Virus record (IMG/VR): IMGVR_UViG_3300028454_000679
Origin: a virus
Taxonomy: Duplodnaviria > Heunggongvirae > Uroviricota > Caudoviricetes
Reading direction: 5' to 3' (one strand)
Length of the DNA stretch: 64,000 nt
This document shows positions 16,369-25,820 of this stretch, piece after piece; within the stretch, counting starts at the first letter, position 1; every line of letters begins with the position of its first letter. The position numbers and the translations under genes are program-made. The notes beneath the pieces were generated by a model. That model made no database searches. It saw only the letters and a list, made by a program, of their open reading frames with translations, and was not told where the DNA came from.

Positions 16369-19185
16369 CTACTGTCCTTGTGGTTTTTGATCATGTGTAG
16401 GTGTTCCGCCGGAACCAGAGCCAGTACCTGTGCCTGAGCTAGAGCTAGAGCTAGAGCCAGAGTCTGAGCTAGAGCTAGAGCCTCCACCATCATGAACCAC
16501 GCCGTCTTCGTATGTTCCTCCTGTTTCATGACCACCATTAGAGTTGATGCTTGACCATGCAGGGAAAGTTACATCAGATGTACTCGGAGTAGCATCCTGT
16601 AAACTATTAGCACTACCACTTACGGACAGAGTTATTGCATCAAGAATGATTTTTTGACTGTCAAATCGATTCTCAGTAGGCACTAGTGAAACTGTAAGTG
16701 TGGAACCAGAACCTGACACAGTCGCAATAGCTGGGATAGACGCAGCACCAAAAGTGAGGTCCACATTGGTTAAATCATCGTAAGTTATACCATACTGTTT
16801 TAAATCAATAGTAACTTTACTGGGGTTTACGACAGTAGGAGTTAGAGTATGATTGAAGCCACTAGTAACAACTATGGTTTGGGAATACTTATTCAACTGT
16901 GCAATGTAAGTACTGATAGCAGTCCAGATTGCCTTAGAGTCTTCATTCAAAGAAGTTGTAGCATCCATTAAAACATCCTGTGTATCAGTAACATACTTCA
17001 CAAGCTTCTGTGTGGCTTGTGCTAAATTTGTTTCATACTTGCTGGACAACTCTGTGTTTGCTTGATTCAGTTCAGTAACAGCATCAGACAGCTGACTATT
17101 AATTTCCGTAATAGAAGCATTGATGGTATTTAATTCTTCAGTTGTACTCTTGCTAAAGGTATCAAACTCAGAGTAGTTATGTTCAATTTTATTATTAAGT
17201 GCTACATCATCCTCATGACGCTTGGTAGCTTCTGAAGAGATTGATGTATTCAACTCATTCTTCGTCTGCTCCCTCTTTTCCTCTGTATCCTTTGCAAGGT
17301 CCTGTAAAGAGGTGGTAAGCTGTGTCTGAAGTTTCTCACGCTCTTGAGCATTCAGAGTGTCACTGTTTGCTAAAGTAGTAGTTAACTCATTGTAGATACG
17401 CTCACGCTCACTTTGACTTAAGCTGTTGCTCTCATTAATAGTATTTGTTAAAGAATTGAGTAATTCGGTTCTCTCCTGCTCATTAGTCTGTCTATCATCA
17501 GAGAGAGCAGTAATCAGCTCATTGTAGATTCTTTCGCGCTCATCAGCAGATGCTTTATCAAGACTCTGCAACTCATTAGTTAAATCCTGATACTTTGCTG
17601 CCTGCTCCTGTTCCAACTGAGCTACAGACTGGTTCAAAGCTTCCTGCAAATGAGTTTGCTCTTCCTTAGAAGCATTGCTTAAGTTAGAGATAGCTGTAGA
17701 AAGCTCGTCATGCATTTTAGCACGCTCTTCTTTGGAAACGTTACTTAAATTAGTGACAGATTCTGCCAGCTGTGACTGTAACTTCTCACGCTCTGCTTTA
17801 GAAGAGTCACCTAAATTCTCAATGGTCTTGGAAAGGTCGGAGTACATGGACGCTCTTTGGTCAGCCGTCTGTCCATTGAGTTCAGTGATAGATGACATAA
17901 TCTCACGATACATAGCATCCTTTGAAGCCTCAGATGTTTTATCCATACTGTTGACAAGATTCATCATTTCACTGTACTGTGAACTCAACTTGTCAACATC
18001 CTTACTACTTGCTCCATCACCATTGTTGCTATGGCTAACACCATTAATCTGTTCAACAATAGTATTGATTTTTTGAGAGACTTGGGAATCCTCTTTCGCA
18101 ACTTCCTGTTTCAGTCTCTCTAAAGCTGCACTTGTTCCCTTATTCCCTTCCTCAGCCTTAGCTACCTCTGCGTTGAGCTTGTCTGATAACTGATTGATAG
18201 AGTTAGAAACACTCGTCACTGAATTACTTGCGCTATTCAGTGATGTTTTTACGGAGTTGATTTCTTTATTTAGACTCTCATCAACCTGACCTAAAGCGGA
18301 GAGTTTAGCTTCTAAATCCCCAATCTTCTGAGAGTAATCCTTGATCATTGTGGCATAGGATTCCTTAACTTCAGTTACGCTCTTCACGATGTTATTTACT
18401 GTTTCGTTGTATTCGGTCTTTGAAAGATTGTTAGCAGATGACAGTAAACCGTCAAGTCCATTGGAACCATCAGAACCGTTGGAGCCGCTGGAGCCGCTGG
18501 AACCATCAGAACCATTTGAGCCATTGGAACCGTCCTTACCATCTTTACCCTTTACGAAGGAAATGGATTTCAAGATAGTTTCAGAAGACTTAAAGAACTT
18601 CTCTACCTGCTCAGGTGACAACTTTTCTAAATCAGGAGCTACACCATCACTAGTAGTCTTCTCCAACTCTGCAACCTGCTTTGCTAAAGTCACGATAGAA
18701 TCACGATTCTCATTCATTTGTGATTGAATAGCGGAGTAATCGTAAACCTGTGTGTATCCTGCTGCTTTCTCTTCTAGTGCCTCCGGCTTAATATCTGCTA
18801 CAGCATCAGATGCAACATTGGCAAGGTAACCCTTCGCCATTGCGGTAAGCTTACCATTTTCAAATTGAATTAAACCTTGTCTGTTCAATTCATCAACTTT
18901 GCCTTTTATGGCTTGTTTAATGGCTTGCTTATCAGATTCACTCAAAGAAACACCATTAGACTCCATAGTATCAATAGCTTTTTCATAAAGCCAGTCCACA
19001 ATAGAGTTTAAGTCTCCTTCCTTGATTTCATCCAAATTGTTGTAAGCTTCCATCTGCATTGCATCTGACAGATTTAGTGCTGACACAACTTTAGAGTTGT
19101 GGAACATTATAACTGTCATAAGAGCTAATGCACAAACCAAGGCAACACTAATTCCCGCATACAAAATCCTTTGCTTTTTTCGCAT
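16369..19185 (-). CDS. large membrane-anchored coiled-coil protein with collagen-like G-S-N repeats and S/G-rich tail
   Basis: 938 aa. N-terminal TM, extensive heptad-like E/K/L/Q/S segments, GSNGSNGSDGSSGSSGSNGSDGSNGLDG, and a C-terminal GGGSSSSSDSGSSSSSSSGTGTG. Internal and antisense ORFs are artifacts. Confidence 0.5.
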   Translation of the reverse strand: MRKKQRILYAGISVALVCALALMTVIMFHNSKVVSALNLSDAMQMEAYNNLDEIKEGDLNSIVDWLYEKAIDTMESNGVSLSESDKQAIKQAIKGKVDELNRQGLIQFENGKLTAMAKGYLANVASDAVADIKPEALEEKAAGYTQVYDYSAIQSQMNENRDSIVTLAKQVAELEKTTSDGVAPDLEKLSPEQVEKFFKSSETILKSISFVKGKDGKDGSNGSNGSDGSSGSSGSNGSDGSNGLDGLLSSANNLSKTEYNETVNNIVKSVTEVKESYATMIKDYSQKIGDLEAKLSALGQVDESLNKEINSVKTSLNSASNSVTSVSNSINQLSDKLNAEVAKAEEGNKGTSAALERLKQEVAKEDSQVSQKINTIVEQINGVSHSNNGDGASSKDVDKLSSQYSEMMNLVNSMDKTSEASKDAMYREIMSSITELNGQTADQRASMYSDLSKTIENLGDSSKAEREKLQSQLAESVTNLSNVSKEERAKMHDELSTAISNLSNASKEEQTHLQEALNQSVAQLEQEQAAKYQDLTNELQSLDKASADERERIYNELITALSDDRQTNEQERTELLNSLTNTINESNSLSQSERERIYNELTTTLANSDTLNAQEREKLQTQLTTSLQDLAKDTEEKREQTKNELNTSISSEATKRHEDDVALNNKIEHNYSEFDTFSKSTTEELNTINASITEINSQLSDAVTELNQANTELSSKYETNLAQATQKLVKYVTDTQDVLMDATTSLNEDSKAIWTAISTYIAQLNKYSQTIVVTSGFNHTLTPTVVNPSKVTIDLKQYGITYDDLTNVDLTFGAASIPAIATVSGSGSTLTVSLVPTENRFDSQKIILDAITLSVSGSANSLQDATPSTSDVTFPAWSSINSNGGHETGGTYEDGVVHDGGGSSSSSDSGSSSSSSSGTGTGSGSGGTPTHDQKPQGQ

Positions 19186-19232
19186 TCTACCAGCACCTCT
19201 TTAAATTTTATAGTAATTCTAATGCGGTAATT

Positions 19233-20498
19233 CTATTTATCTTCACTTTCTACATATGTGAAAGTTGCAGACTTAGCTATGCTGTCCAGAACCTTTGTTG
19301 ACAAAGCCATACGCTTTACAAAGTCCTCACCCTTCATAAACTCAGAGTCGTAGAGGGAGTAAACATCATCTGTACTAGACTCTTCGTATGATGAACCCTT
19401 TACAAGATCCTTTACGTAATTAGTTATCTCTTTCTTGGAGATAGTAGCATTCTCCTCTTCGGCAATCTTTAAAGAGATTGCTAAGTTTACTAAAGTGGAA
19501 TCCAAACGCTCTCTGGAATCCTGAACAAACTCCTCGTAAGTCTGACCACCGGACTGCTCGAGATACTCCTGTAGGGAGTTATATTGACTAGCATACATCT
19601 TAGTGTACTGATCAAGGTAAATTGCTAACTCCTGGTCTTTGACATCCTGTGAAATCTCAACGTCGGAGTTCTCTACAATCTCTGCAAGTAAAGTGGTACG
19701 TTTTGCCTGCTTCTCGTGGTAAGTATTGTAATCATTAGCAAAATCCTCACAATACTTCATAAACTCGTTAACACTCTTATAAGATGTGTTAGCTATAAGA
19801 ATATCGTCAGAAATAGTCTTATGGTCATACTTGATAGAACGCTCTGCACTTACAAGTGTGATTTTAAAGTCAGCCTTCTTCCCTGCAACATCGGAAGGTA
19901 GTAAGTTCTCATGTTCCTCCTTTTCAGGCGTTTCACCATCAAATGGGTCGAATTCCTCAGGAAGCTTCATACTAAACTTAAGAGGCTCTTTTGTTCCCAC
20001 TTTGTATCCTGTGAGACGTGCATCCACACCATGGCAGTATGCATCCTGTCCTAATTCATAATCAGGCAAAGTCATAGAACTGCCATTAAAAGTCTGACCA
20101 TCCACTGTTACTTCTATGTTGACTTTGAGCAAATCGCCAGTCTCAATCTTCTCACCAGCAGGCAATGTGTAGGTAGTGTCAAGCTGGCTAAGAACATAGT
20201 CGGCGTAATCCTCCTTTGTGAGTGTATCGTCATCCTTGTCAATTGTAACAGTTAAACCCTTATACTTACCAAGCTTTTTAACACAGTCAGCTAAATTGTA
20301 CTCAATAGCTTTCTTCGGTCTTCTGAAAGTACTCGTACTTTCAGATTTTTCCTTAACAACTTTCTTAGTGTCTTTACCATCTTTAAAGTACACGACACAG
20401 TTCATTAAAACTGATAGAATCAGGAAGGTGGCAAGTACTACGTTTGCTACTTTAAGAATTCTCACCTGCTGACTTAATTCTGTAATTCTTTTCTTCAT
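19233..20498 (-). CDS. trigger-factor-like protein (FKBP-type PPIase plus TF C-terminal-like domain), membrane anchored
   Basis: N-terminal TM, then ...GDLLKVNIEVTVDGQTFNGS (FKBP/trigger-factor PPIase pattern GD.V.ID..G..DGE.F.G), then a helical C-terminal region. Confidence 0.4.
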   Translation of the reverse strand: MKKRITELSQQVRILKVANVVLATFLILSVLMNCVVYFKDGKDTKKVVKEKSESTSTFRRPKKAIEYNLADCVKKLGKYKGLTVTIDKDDDTLTKEDYADYVLSQLDTTYTLPAGEKIETGDLLKVNIEVTVDGQTFNGSSMTLPDYELGQDAYCHGVDARLTGYKVGTKEPLKFSMKLPEEFDPFDGETPEKEEHENLLPSDVAGKKADFKITLVSAERSIKYDHKTISDDILIANTSYKSVNEFMKYCEDFANDYNTYHEKQAKRTTLLAEIVENSDVEISQDVKDQELAIYLDQYTKMYASQYNSLQEYLEQSGGQTYEEFVQDSRERLDSTLVNLAISLKIAEEENATISKKEITNYVKDLVKGSSYEESSTDDVYSLYDSEFMKGEDFVKRMALSTKVLDSIAKSATFTYVESEDK

Positions 20499-20509
20499 AA
20501 TTCTCCTCT

Positions 20510-20998
20510 TTACTGTTGCGGTTGTTCTTGCTGTTGTTCAGTAGACTCTGTAGTCTGCTGAGTTTGCTGTTCAGTAGACTGTACTGTCTGTTGTTCAGTA
20601 GATTCTGTTGGCTGCTGTGTCTGCTGTTCAGTAGATTCTGTAGACTGCTGTGTCTGTTGTTCAGTAGATTCTGTCGGCTGCTGTTGCTGTGGTTCAGTCG
20701 GCTGTACTGTTTGCTGTACAGGCTGAGCAGTTTGCTGGTCATGGAACAGTAAGTTACTATGAGTGAAGTAAAGCACTCCAAAAGTAACAGCAGCTGCAAG
20801 AACACCTATTAAAAGTTTTACTACAAGCTTTGGTGCACCCGAAGATTTTGAAGACTGTGTGAAAACTGCTCCACAATTCCAGCATTCCTCTTCACCCTCC
20901 TCAACCTCGGCGTGACACTTAGTGCATTCCCAAAGCTCCTCATCTTTCACCCAACGAATTCTCGCTTTCAAGGTAAGGTACCTCCTTTGTAAATTCAA
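20510..20998 (-). CDS. zinc-ribbon membrane protein with Q/T/E-rich tandem repeats
   Basis: CTKCHAEVEEGEEECWNCGAVF zinc ribbon, a TM segment, then 7 copies of a TESTEQQTQQ-like decapeptide encoded by a 30-bp DNA tandem repeat (20540-20700). Confidence 0.45.
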   Translation of the reverse strand: MNLQRRYLTLKARIRWVKDEELWECTKCHAEVEEGEEECWNCGAVFTQSSKSSGAPKLVVKLLIGVLAAAVTFGVLYFTHSNLLFHDQQTAQPVQQTVQPTEPQQQQPTESTEQQTQQSTESTEQQTQQPTESTEQQTVQSTEQQTQQTTESTEQQQEQPQQ

Positions 20999-21233
20999 TT
21001 TCCAGTAACGGTGTGTTGGGTTTAATGGTAATACTACTTAATCCATCATTATAAAGTGTAGCCTTAATAGCACCTTGCTGTAAGACGTCACTATTATTCT
21101 TAATACCCGTAACACTAATACACTTTACAGAAACAAGACTTTTTGAGATAAATCCAGTTTCGTATTGCACTTCCTCCTTTGGTCTAATTTTTAAAGACTC
21201 TTTGCAGTACAATACTTCAGGCAATAAGCTCAC
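20940..21233 (-). CDS. hypothetical protein
   Basis: 97-aa ORF in the co-directional array. Confidence 0.3.
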   Translation of the reverse strand: MSLLPEVLYCKESLKIRPKEEVQYETGFISKSLVSVKCISVTGIKNNSDVLQQGAIKATLYNDGLSSITIKPNTPLLEIEFTKEVPYLESENSLGER

Positions 21234-21582
21234 CTCCTATTTCTGTATAACCATGGTTCTTCAGATACTCTATCTTCTCTGAAACACTTTTAGAATCGTA
21301 ACGCCAAAACACAAATGCGACAACATCTGTTTGAGTGTTAAACCACCCAAACAAATACTCTTTTGTACCTCTTGTCTTACACTCCACAGCTTTGCTCTGG
21401 AGAGGCTTTGTGAAAAACTGTATCCTACCTAGCGGTATACTATCATAGTAAGTTCTGTAAACAACACAGTCTTTTCTGCTACTAAGCTGATAGGCACTGC
21501 AATCAGGATACTGCTTAAATACTCTGCCACACATAGGAGTTTTGAGATACACAATAACCCTGTCTAGAACACTATCAAGCAT
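21217..21582 (-). CDS. hypothetical protein
   Basis: 121-aa ORF. Confidence 0.3.
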   Translation of the reverse strand: MLDSVLDRVIVYLKTPMCGRVFKQYPDCSAYQLSSRKDCVVYRTYYDSIPLGRIQFFTKPLQSKAVECKTRGTKEYLFGWFNTQTDVVAFVFWRYDSKSVSEKIEYLKNHGYTEIGGELIA

Positions 21583-21594
21583 ACATCCACCTAC

Positions 21595-22053
21595 CTAAGC
21601 TCTGCCGACTTTTTCGATAATATCCATACCGTAGCAGGTAACACGTTTAAGTTGTTTTGTAAAGTCATCGACAGGGTTAATCTCAATTTCTATACCGCCA
21701 TTTCTGGTAGAAACAACACATCCAGAAACAGTGCGAGGCGTTTCCTCACCAGTTTTTTCATTGACAGATTTAAGCTTAACATACACTGACTCACCCTCGT
21801 GGTAAACTGGGACCTCAATAAGATCCTCGTTAATAGAAATACCATCGAAGTACTCAATGTAAAGAGCATTCTCTGGGGTCAATGGCAAACCTTTTCTGTA
21901 AATCAGGACACCAACTTTTCTGTTATCCTTGTAAGTAATCTGCCCAGGGATATCTATACTTCCTGATGCCCCTCTACGGACAACAACATTGTCCCCAATT
22001 TGGTAATTTTTAATTGCCAATCCTTTAAAAACATAACTATTATTTACATTCAT
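21595..22053 (-). CDS. hypothetical protein
   Basis: 152-aa ORF. Confidence 0.3.
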   Translation of the reverse strand: MNVNNSYVFKGLAIKNYQIGDNVVVRRGASGSIDIPGQITYKDNRKVGVLIYRKGLPLTPENALYIEYFDGISINEDLIEVPVYHEGESVYVKLKSVNEKTGEETPRTVSGCVVSTRNGGIEIEINPVDDFTKQLKRVTCYGMDIIEKVGRA

Positions 22054-22062
22054 AATAATACC

Positions 22063-22629
22063 TCACTTTAATATCCTTAAACTTGGAAAATACCGTAACC
22101 AAGCTTTTGCCACAATAGCTTCCCTACTTACAAATGCGTAGGACTCAGGATTCTCTAAACCTTGCTCCTTAGCTGTAATGGGCCAAAATCGTGCATCATT
22201 AGAGTTATCCCTGTTATCACCTAACACCCAATAGCATCCATTTGGAATACTAACCTTTATTCGATTATTAGCCACTGCCCATGGTCTATTCAGGTATGGT
22301 TCTCTAATAGCTTCCTTTGAACCATTCACATAAATTAGCCCGTTCTTCACTGAGATAGTTTCACCTGGTAAGCCAATAACCCGCTTGATATACAACTCTC
22401 CTGTCAGCGGGGCTTTAAATACAACAATGTCCCCACGCTTTATGTCAAAAGTGAATCCTGTGCGAATACACAAGACTCTATCTTTTGGATTTAAGGTTTT
22501 CTGCATTGAACCAGATGGGATTTTTGCATTTAGAAATACCAGATTAAAACACATGATAAAAGCTAGAATGGAAATTTGGTAAACCAAAACTTCTCGGAGC
22601 TTTTTCTTTTTGTCATAATTCATTCTCAC
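22063..22629 (-). CDS. lepB: signal peptidase I (S26 family)
   Basis: N-terminal TM. GSMQKTL (Ser box), YIKRVIGLPGE (Lys box), VLGDNRDNSNDARFW (box E). Confidence 0.85.
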   Translation of the reverse strand: MRMNYDKKKKLREVLVYQISILAFIMCFNLVFLNAKIPSGSMQKTLNPKDRVLCIRTGFTFDIKRGDIVVFKAPLTGELYIKRVIGLPGETISVKNGLIYVNGSKEAIREPYLNRPWAVANNRIKVSIPNGCYWVLGDNRDNSNDARFWPITAKEQGLENPESYAFVSREAIVAKAWLRYFPSLRILK

Positions 22630-22632
22630 GTC

Positions 22633-23247
22633 CTATTTGCTACAGTAACGCTTAGCCACATAGCCTTTAAAGTTACCATAGCGTACTTTATTCCAATCAC
22701 CAGTTGTATTCAGTACATGGATAGATGTGCCTCTAGGAATGAGAGTTAACACGTGTGAAGAAGTGCTTGCTCGTGCACGTAAGTACACATTTGCAGTAAC
22801 AACACTCGCCCCTGCACACTTGGACACTTCAGTGTCACCCGAATCATTCTTAGAAGTACTAGAAGCTTTCGCATCAGTCTCTTTTTCCTTAAAGGAGTCT
22901 TTTTTCTTAGTAGAATCTTTAGACTTAGTAGTTATGGTAGGCTCTCCAATAGACTCCTGTAAGTTCTGTAAACTCTTCTCCATGCTCTCAACCTTTACCT
23001 GTAAGGTGGCTATCTGCTTAGATAGTATTTCAACCTCGCCCCCTGCACTACTCTTAGAGTCTGCAGCAACTGGCTGTGCTAAGTTAAGTACAGAAGTAAC
23101 TGCCCCACAACTGATAGCACCTACAAGACACATAAAGAATGCGATTTTCAAAGGTTTACCAAGACGCACAAATACCTCGTCAGGGACATTCTCGTAAGCA
23201 TACTTTGCTAAAATACCAAGACCCAATAATACAACTGCGTAATTCAT
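22633..23247 (-). CDS. membrane-anchored coiled-coil protein with C-terminal bacterial SH3 (SH3b) domain
   Basis: TM segments, a coiled coil, then VVTANVYLRARASTSSHVLTLIPRGTSIHVLNTTGDWNKVRYGNFKGYV (SH3_3 pattern). Confidence 0.5.
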   Translation of the reverse strand: MNYAVVLLGLGILAKYAYENVPDEVFVRLGKPLKIAFFMCLVGAISCGAVTSVLNLAQPVAADSKSSAGGEVEILSKQIATLQVKVESMEKSLQNLQESIGEPTITTKSKDSTKKKDSFKEKETDAKASSTSKNDSGDTEVSKCAGASVVTANVYLRARASTSSHVLTLIPRGTSIHVLNTTGDWNKVRYGNFKGYVAKRYCSK

Positions 23248-23291
23248 AATAATTCCTCCTAACTGATAGTCAAAGACTATGGTAAATACAA

Positions 23292-23543
23292 CTAATCCCA
23301 GAAAATATGTGAACTTTGCACACCAACTTTTCCAGATTCACAATCGAGAATAAACTCATAACACTCTGCACTGTTCGATTTAGACCACTCCTTAAACTTC
23401 TCGTAGTAGTCCTTATTCAAATTCTGCAAACTCTTATGTGCTCTTGCCAGTGAGATAGCTGCAAGACACTCAAGATTGTCCAGAGTTTTTGTAAATTCTT
23501 TTGTACTGTAATTTGGCATTGTCATACCCTTCCTTTCTTTCAT
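23292..23543 (-). CDS. hypothetical protein
   Basis: 83-aa ORF. Confidence 0.3.
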   Translation of the reverse strand: MKERKGMTMPNYSTKEFTKTLDNLECLAAISLARAHKSLQNLNKDYYEKFKEWSKSNSAECYEFILDCESGKVGVQSSHIFWD

Positions 23544-23895
23544 TTTGTTATAATCTGTAAAAACCGGTATCTACTTTGTTAAATTGTCTGTGTTCAATCC
23601 AACACGCTTGTAACACCTTATTTCGTGCTAGGTTTTCCCAGTTTATAAAGCTTTACACACCTTCGTACAAGCTCATCTTGTAAAAATGCATCAAATTGAT
23701 CATGCTTATTAGCTCCATGGTAAGACCTATCCCTACTGTTGTTATCATTTACCACAGAGCTTTTCTGAACTTTTGTAACTTTCACACAATCACCCCGCTT
23801 ACTATCATTCTTGTGTATGTTGCAAGGTATTATATGACACTGTTCAAAAATCCACTGTAGCCACTTAGGCAGGCTAAAACCTTCCTACAACGTGA

Positions 23896-23927
23896 AAAAG
23901 GTCACTACAGTATGTAGTGACCTTTTA
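23896..23927. terminator. bidirectional intrinsic terminator
   Basis: AAAA-GGTCACTAC-agtat-GTAGTGACC-TTTT: a perfect 9-bp stem flanked by A and T runs, lying directly 3' of tRNA-Ser on the minus strand. Confidence 0.55.
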
Positions 23928-23939
23928 AACTAAAGGAAA

Positions 23940-24025
23940 CGGTTGGGGTGGGATTCGAACCCACGGACCCTTTCAAGTCGCTGATTTTCAAGACCAGTGC
24001 ACTAAGCCATCTATGCGACCCAACC
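23940..24025 (-). tRNA. tRNA-Ser (anticodon TGA)
   Basis: Manual fold: acceptor GGTTGGG/CCCAACC, D arm GCAT..GTGC, anticodon arm CTGGT-CTTGAAA-ATCAG, 16-nt variable arm, T arm GTGGG-TTCGAAT-CCCAC. 86 nt. Confidence 0.8.
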
Positions 24026-24027
24026 AT

Positions 24028-24053
24028 AGTGTCCACAGAACAGTGGACACTGA
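24028..24053. other. perfect hairpin immediately 5' of tRNA-Ser (minus strand)
   Basis: GTGTCCAC-agaaca-GTGGACAC, a perfect 8-bp stem abutting the tRNA 5' end. Coordinates approximate. Confidence 0.5.
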
Positions 24054-24183
24054 CATATTCAATTTTCATGCACTCTACGGTGCTACTATCTTTTGTTTGG
24101 TTGTGAGGCCGAACAAACGACAGTTACCTGTTAGCTCTACACTGTGTATGCGCAATGCCTAAACCGGCTAAAGTTATGTATTG

Positions 24184-24729
24184 CTAACGAAAGAAGCCGT
24201 AGGATTTGAACCTACTATAACTCTCCACTATAGAGTTAAGCTTCTTGTAAAATTGTATGGCAGTGTACAAGACTGCATCAAGTATACTGCTCACAAGACT
24301 CCTATTCGCCACAGTTGGATTCATGCACAACCACATCTGTAGCTTTCTTGCCACCTCTGACAAAACCTGTGCGGAAAACAACTTTTGGTGTAGTTCTACC
24401 TTTCCCTGTCCAATAAAGCTGATAGTGTCCCGAAACAAAGTGTGGCTTAGGGCTCTTATGAGTACCCGTAGCATCACTTCTCGTGGAGAGATAAAGGAAT
24501 TGTTAACTGTTCCGTGAGACAACTCAAATACACCATTAATTTTGCATTTATTGTCCAAACTTATCACAAAAACTTTTTCTTCTGGTAAATCTTGTACATG
24601 GAACACATTATTCATTATCTCTGCAATTTTCTTCGGTGAATCTGCCAAATTGGAATCCATACAGCTTCTCTCTTTTACAAGGTAAGGAGCTCTCTCTTCG
24701 TTTAGCAGTACACTATATACTGTGATCAT
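24184..24729 (-). CDS. hypothetical protein (weak RadC/JAB-like resemblance, no HNHPSG motif)
   Basis: 181-aa ORF. The last ~18 codons overlap tRNA-like element A, so the true stop or extent is uncertain. Confidence 0.3.
   Translation of the reverse strand: MITVYSVLLNEERAPYLVKERSCMDSNLADSPKKIAEIMNNVFHVQDLPEEKVFVISLDNKCKINGVFELSHGTVNNSFISPREVMLRVLIRALSHTLFRDTISFIGQGKVELHQKLFSAQVLSEVARKLQMWLCMNPTVANRSLVSSILDAVLYTAIQFYKKLNSIVESYSRFKSYGFFR
24191..24245 (-). ncRNA. tRNA-like element A lacking an anticodon arm (55 nt)
   Basis: Manual fold of the reverse complement: acceptor AGAAGCT/GGCTTCT (7 bp, one GU pair), D arm ACTC-TATAGTGGA-GAGT, a 4-nt linker, T arm GTAGG-TTCAAAT-CCTAC, discriminator T. 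No anticodon stem-loop is present. Confidence 0.35.
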
Positions 24730-24825
24730 CTTTTCCCTCCTTTTTGAGGTTCCCGTAAGAGAACCTCATGTGTTCACCTTCGGGGTTGAATGAGTTTCCC
24801 TTTCGTTGACAAAATCACATTTCAG

Positions 24826-25362
24826 TTACTCCCATTTTTCTATATCATTATTCTTTGCAGCTTTTCTGGTCGTTTTCTTCATGCTTGTTTTTAAAGCAGC
24901 TTTAGGTGAAGTAGTGGCTTCTGTTAGTTCACTTGCTCCCTCTTCGTCCTGTCCTCCTTCGCCACCTATTTGTCTGCTTATTTTTTGAAACATCTCCTGC
25001 TCATCCTTTACTTCATCCATAAGCTCCGGATGTGCTTCAAGGAAAGCCTGTCTTTTTTCAAAAGTATTCACCATCTCCTGTGACATCAGCTGATACTGAT
25101 GACGAACCACGTTGCAGATTTTGCAAGGTTCTGCTCCCTGCTCCATTCTGTCATTTACGCATATAGACTGCCTTGGACAGTCCGTCTGCCTTCTGTTGTA
25201 TCTGATGGTAACAATATCTGAATTGATAGGGCTGTCTATTTCTGTGACTGCAACTTCAGGAATAACATATGTTTTATTCCCGCAATCGTTACAGATAATA
25301 AGCATAGCTCCTTCTGAATGTAGATTTTCGCCTCCGCATTTTTGACATCTGATTTTCGTCAT
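24826..25362 (-). CDS. zinc-ribbon protein, paralog of 40623..41069
   Basis: MTKIRCQKCGGENLHSEGAMLIICNDCGNKTYVIPE has CxxC...CxxC, followed by EPCKICNVV. About 55% identical to the second copy 15 kb away. Confidence 0.45.
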   Translation of the reverse strand: MTKIRCQKCGGENLHSEGAMLIICNDCGNKTYVIPEVAVTEIDSPINSDIVTIRYNRRQTDCPRQSICVNDRMEQGAEPCKICNVVRHQYQLMSQEMVNTFEKRQAFLEAHPELMDEVKDEQEMFQKISRQIGGEGGQDEEGASELTEATTSPKAALKTSMKKTTRKAAKNNDIEKWE

Positions 25363-25444
25363 ATGTTCCTCCTCCTATACTTAGTTCTTGCCTTAAGCAG
25401 CTCTAGTAATCTTGTTTCTCTAAACAGCAATATTCTTCATCACC

Positions 25445-25666
25445 TCACATTAAAAATTGCTTTATCATGGATTGAACATCGTCCTTATCCAATCCATACT
25501 TTTCTGCGGTCTCCTCAAGCCATTTATTAAAGTCTTCAGCTATGTGTATTAACTCTTCTCTTGTCATTACCCACTCCTCACCTTTCCTGTACTTGTCAAT
25601 AACTTTGCACACCCTTTCTATAATCTCAGCTGTGTGGTCGTGTTGATCGCCATAATCAAAGTCCAT
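25445..25666 (-). CDS. hypothetical protein
   Basis: 73-aa acidic ORF. Confidence 0.3.
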   Translation of the reverse strand: MDFDYGDQHDHTAEIIERVCKVIDKYRKGEEWVMTREELIHIAEDFNKWLEETAEKYGLDKDDVQSMIKQFLM

Positions 25667-25784
25667 AAACTTAATCTCGGCTTTTATCCTGTCAAGCGTT
25701 TTTGCTTATGACTGCACAAACACTTCTTTTGTCTCTAAACTGGGGGTATACTACTCCATTTTCCCAAGTTTCAGTATTTAGCAC

Positions 25785-25820
25785 AAAAGGGGTAAGTACA
25801 ACATACTTACCCCCTTTAAA
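25785..25820. terminator. bidirectional intrinsic terminator
   Basis: AAAA-GGGGTAAGTA-caaca-TACTTACCCC-TTTAAAA: a 10-bp perfect stem. Confidence 0.55.

Noticed and set aside
16369-19185. Calling the 938-aa coiled-coil protein a phage tape-measure protein
   Set aside because: It has an N-terminal TM anchor, collagen-like GSN repeats and an S/G-rich tail, but no recognisable TMP motifs and no neighbouring tail genes. It is left as a generic coiled-coil membrane protein.
2112-19901. Short nested or antisense ORFs inside larger genes (2112..2318, 2530..2718, 2885..3073, 4920..5183, 6366..6680, 7756..7965, 9722..9904, 14452..14697, 15450..15728, 16356..16538, 17675..18076, 18389..18727, 19716..19901 and others)
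   Set aside because: Each is entirely contained in or antisense to a longer ORF with recognisable motifs or coherent co-directional packing. None has an RBS.
20516-20752. Plus-strand ORF 20516..20752 (LLFSRL repeats)
   Set aside because: Antisense translation of the 30-bp tandem repeat inside gene 20510..20998.
24184-24245. Treating tRNA-like element A as merely the 3' end of ORF 24184..24729
   Set aside because: The acceptor/D/T-arm fold is too tRNA-like to be coincidental. However, the overlap means either the ORF end or the RNA call is wrong, and both are kept at low confidence.
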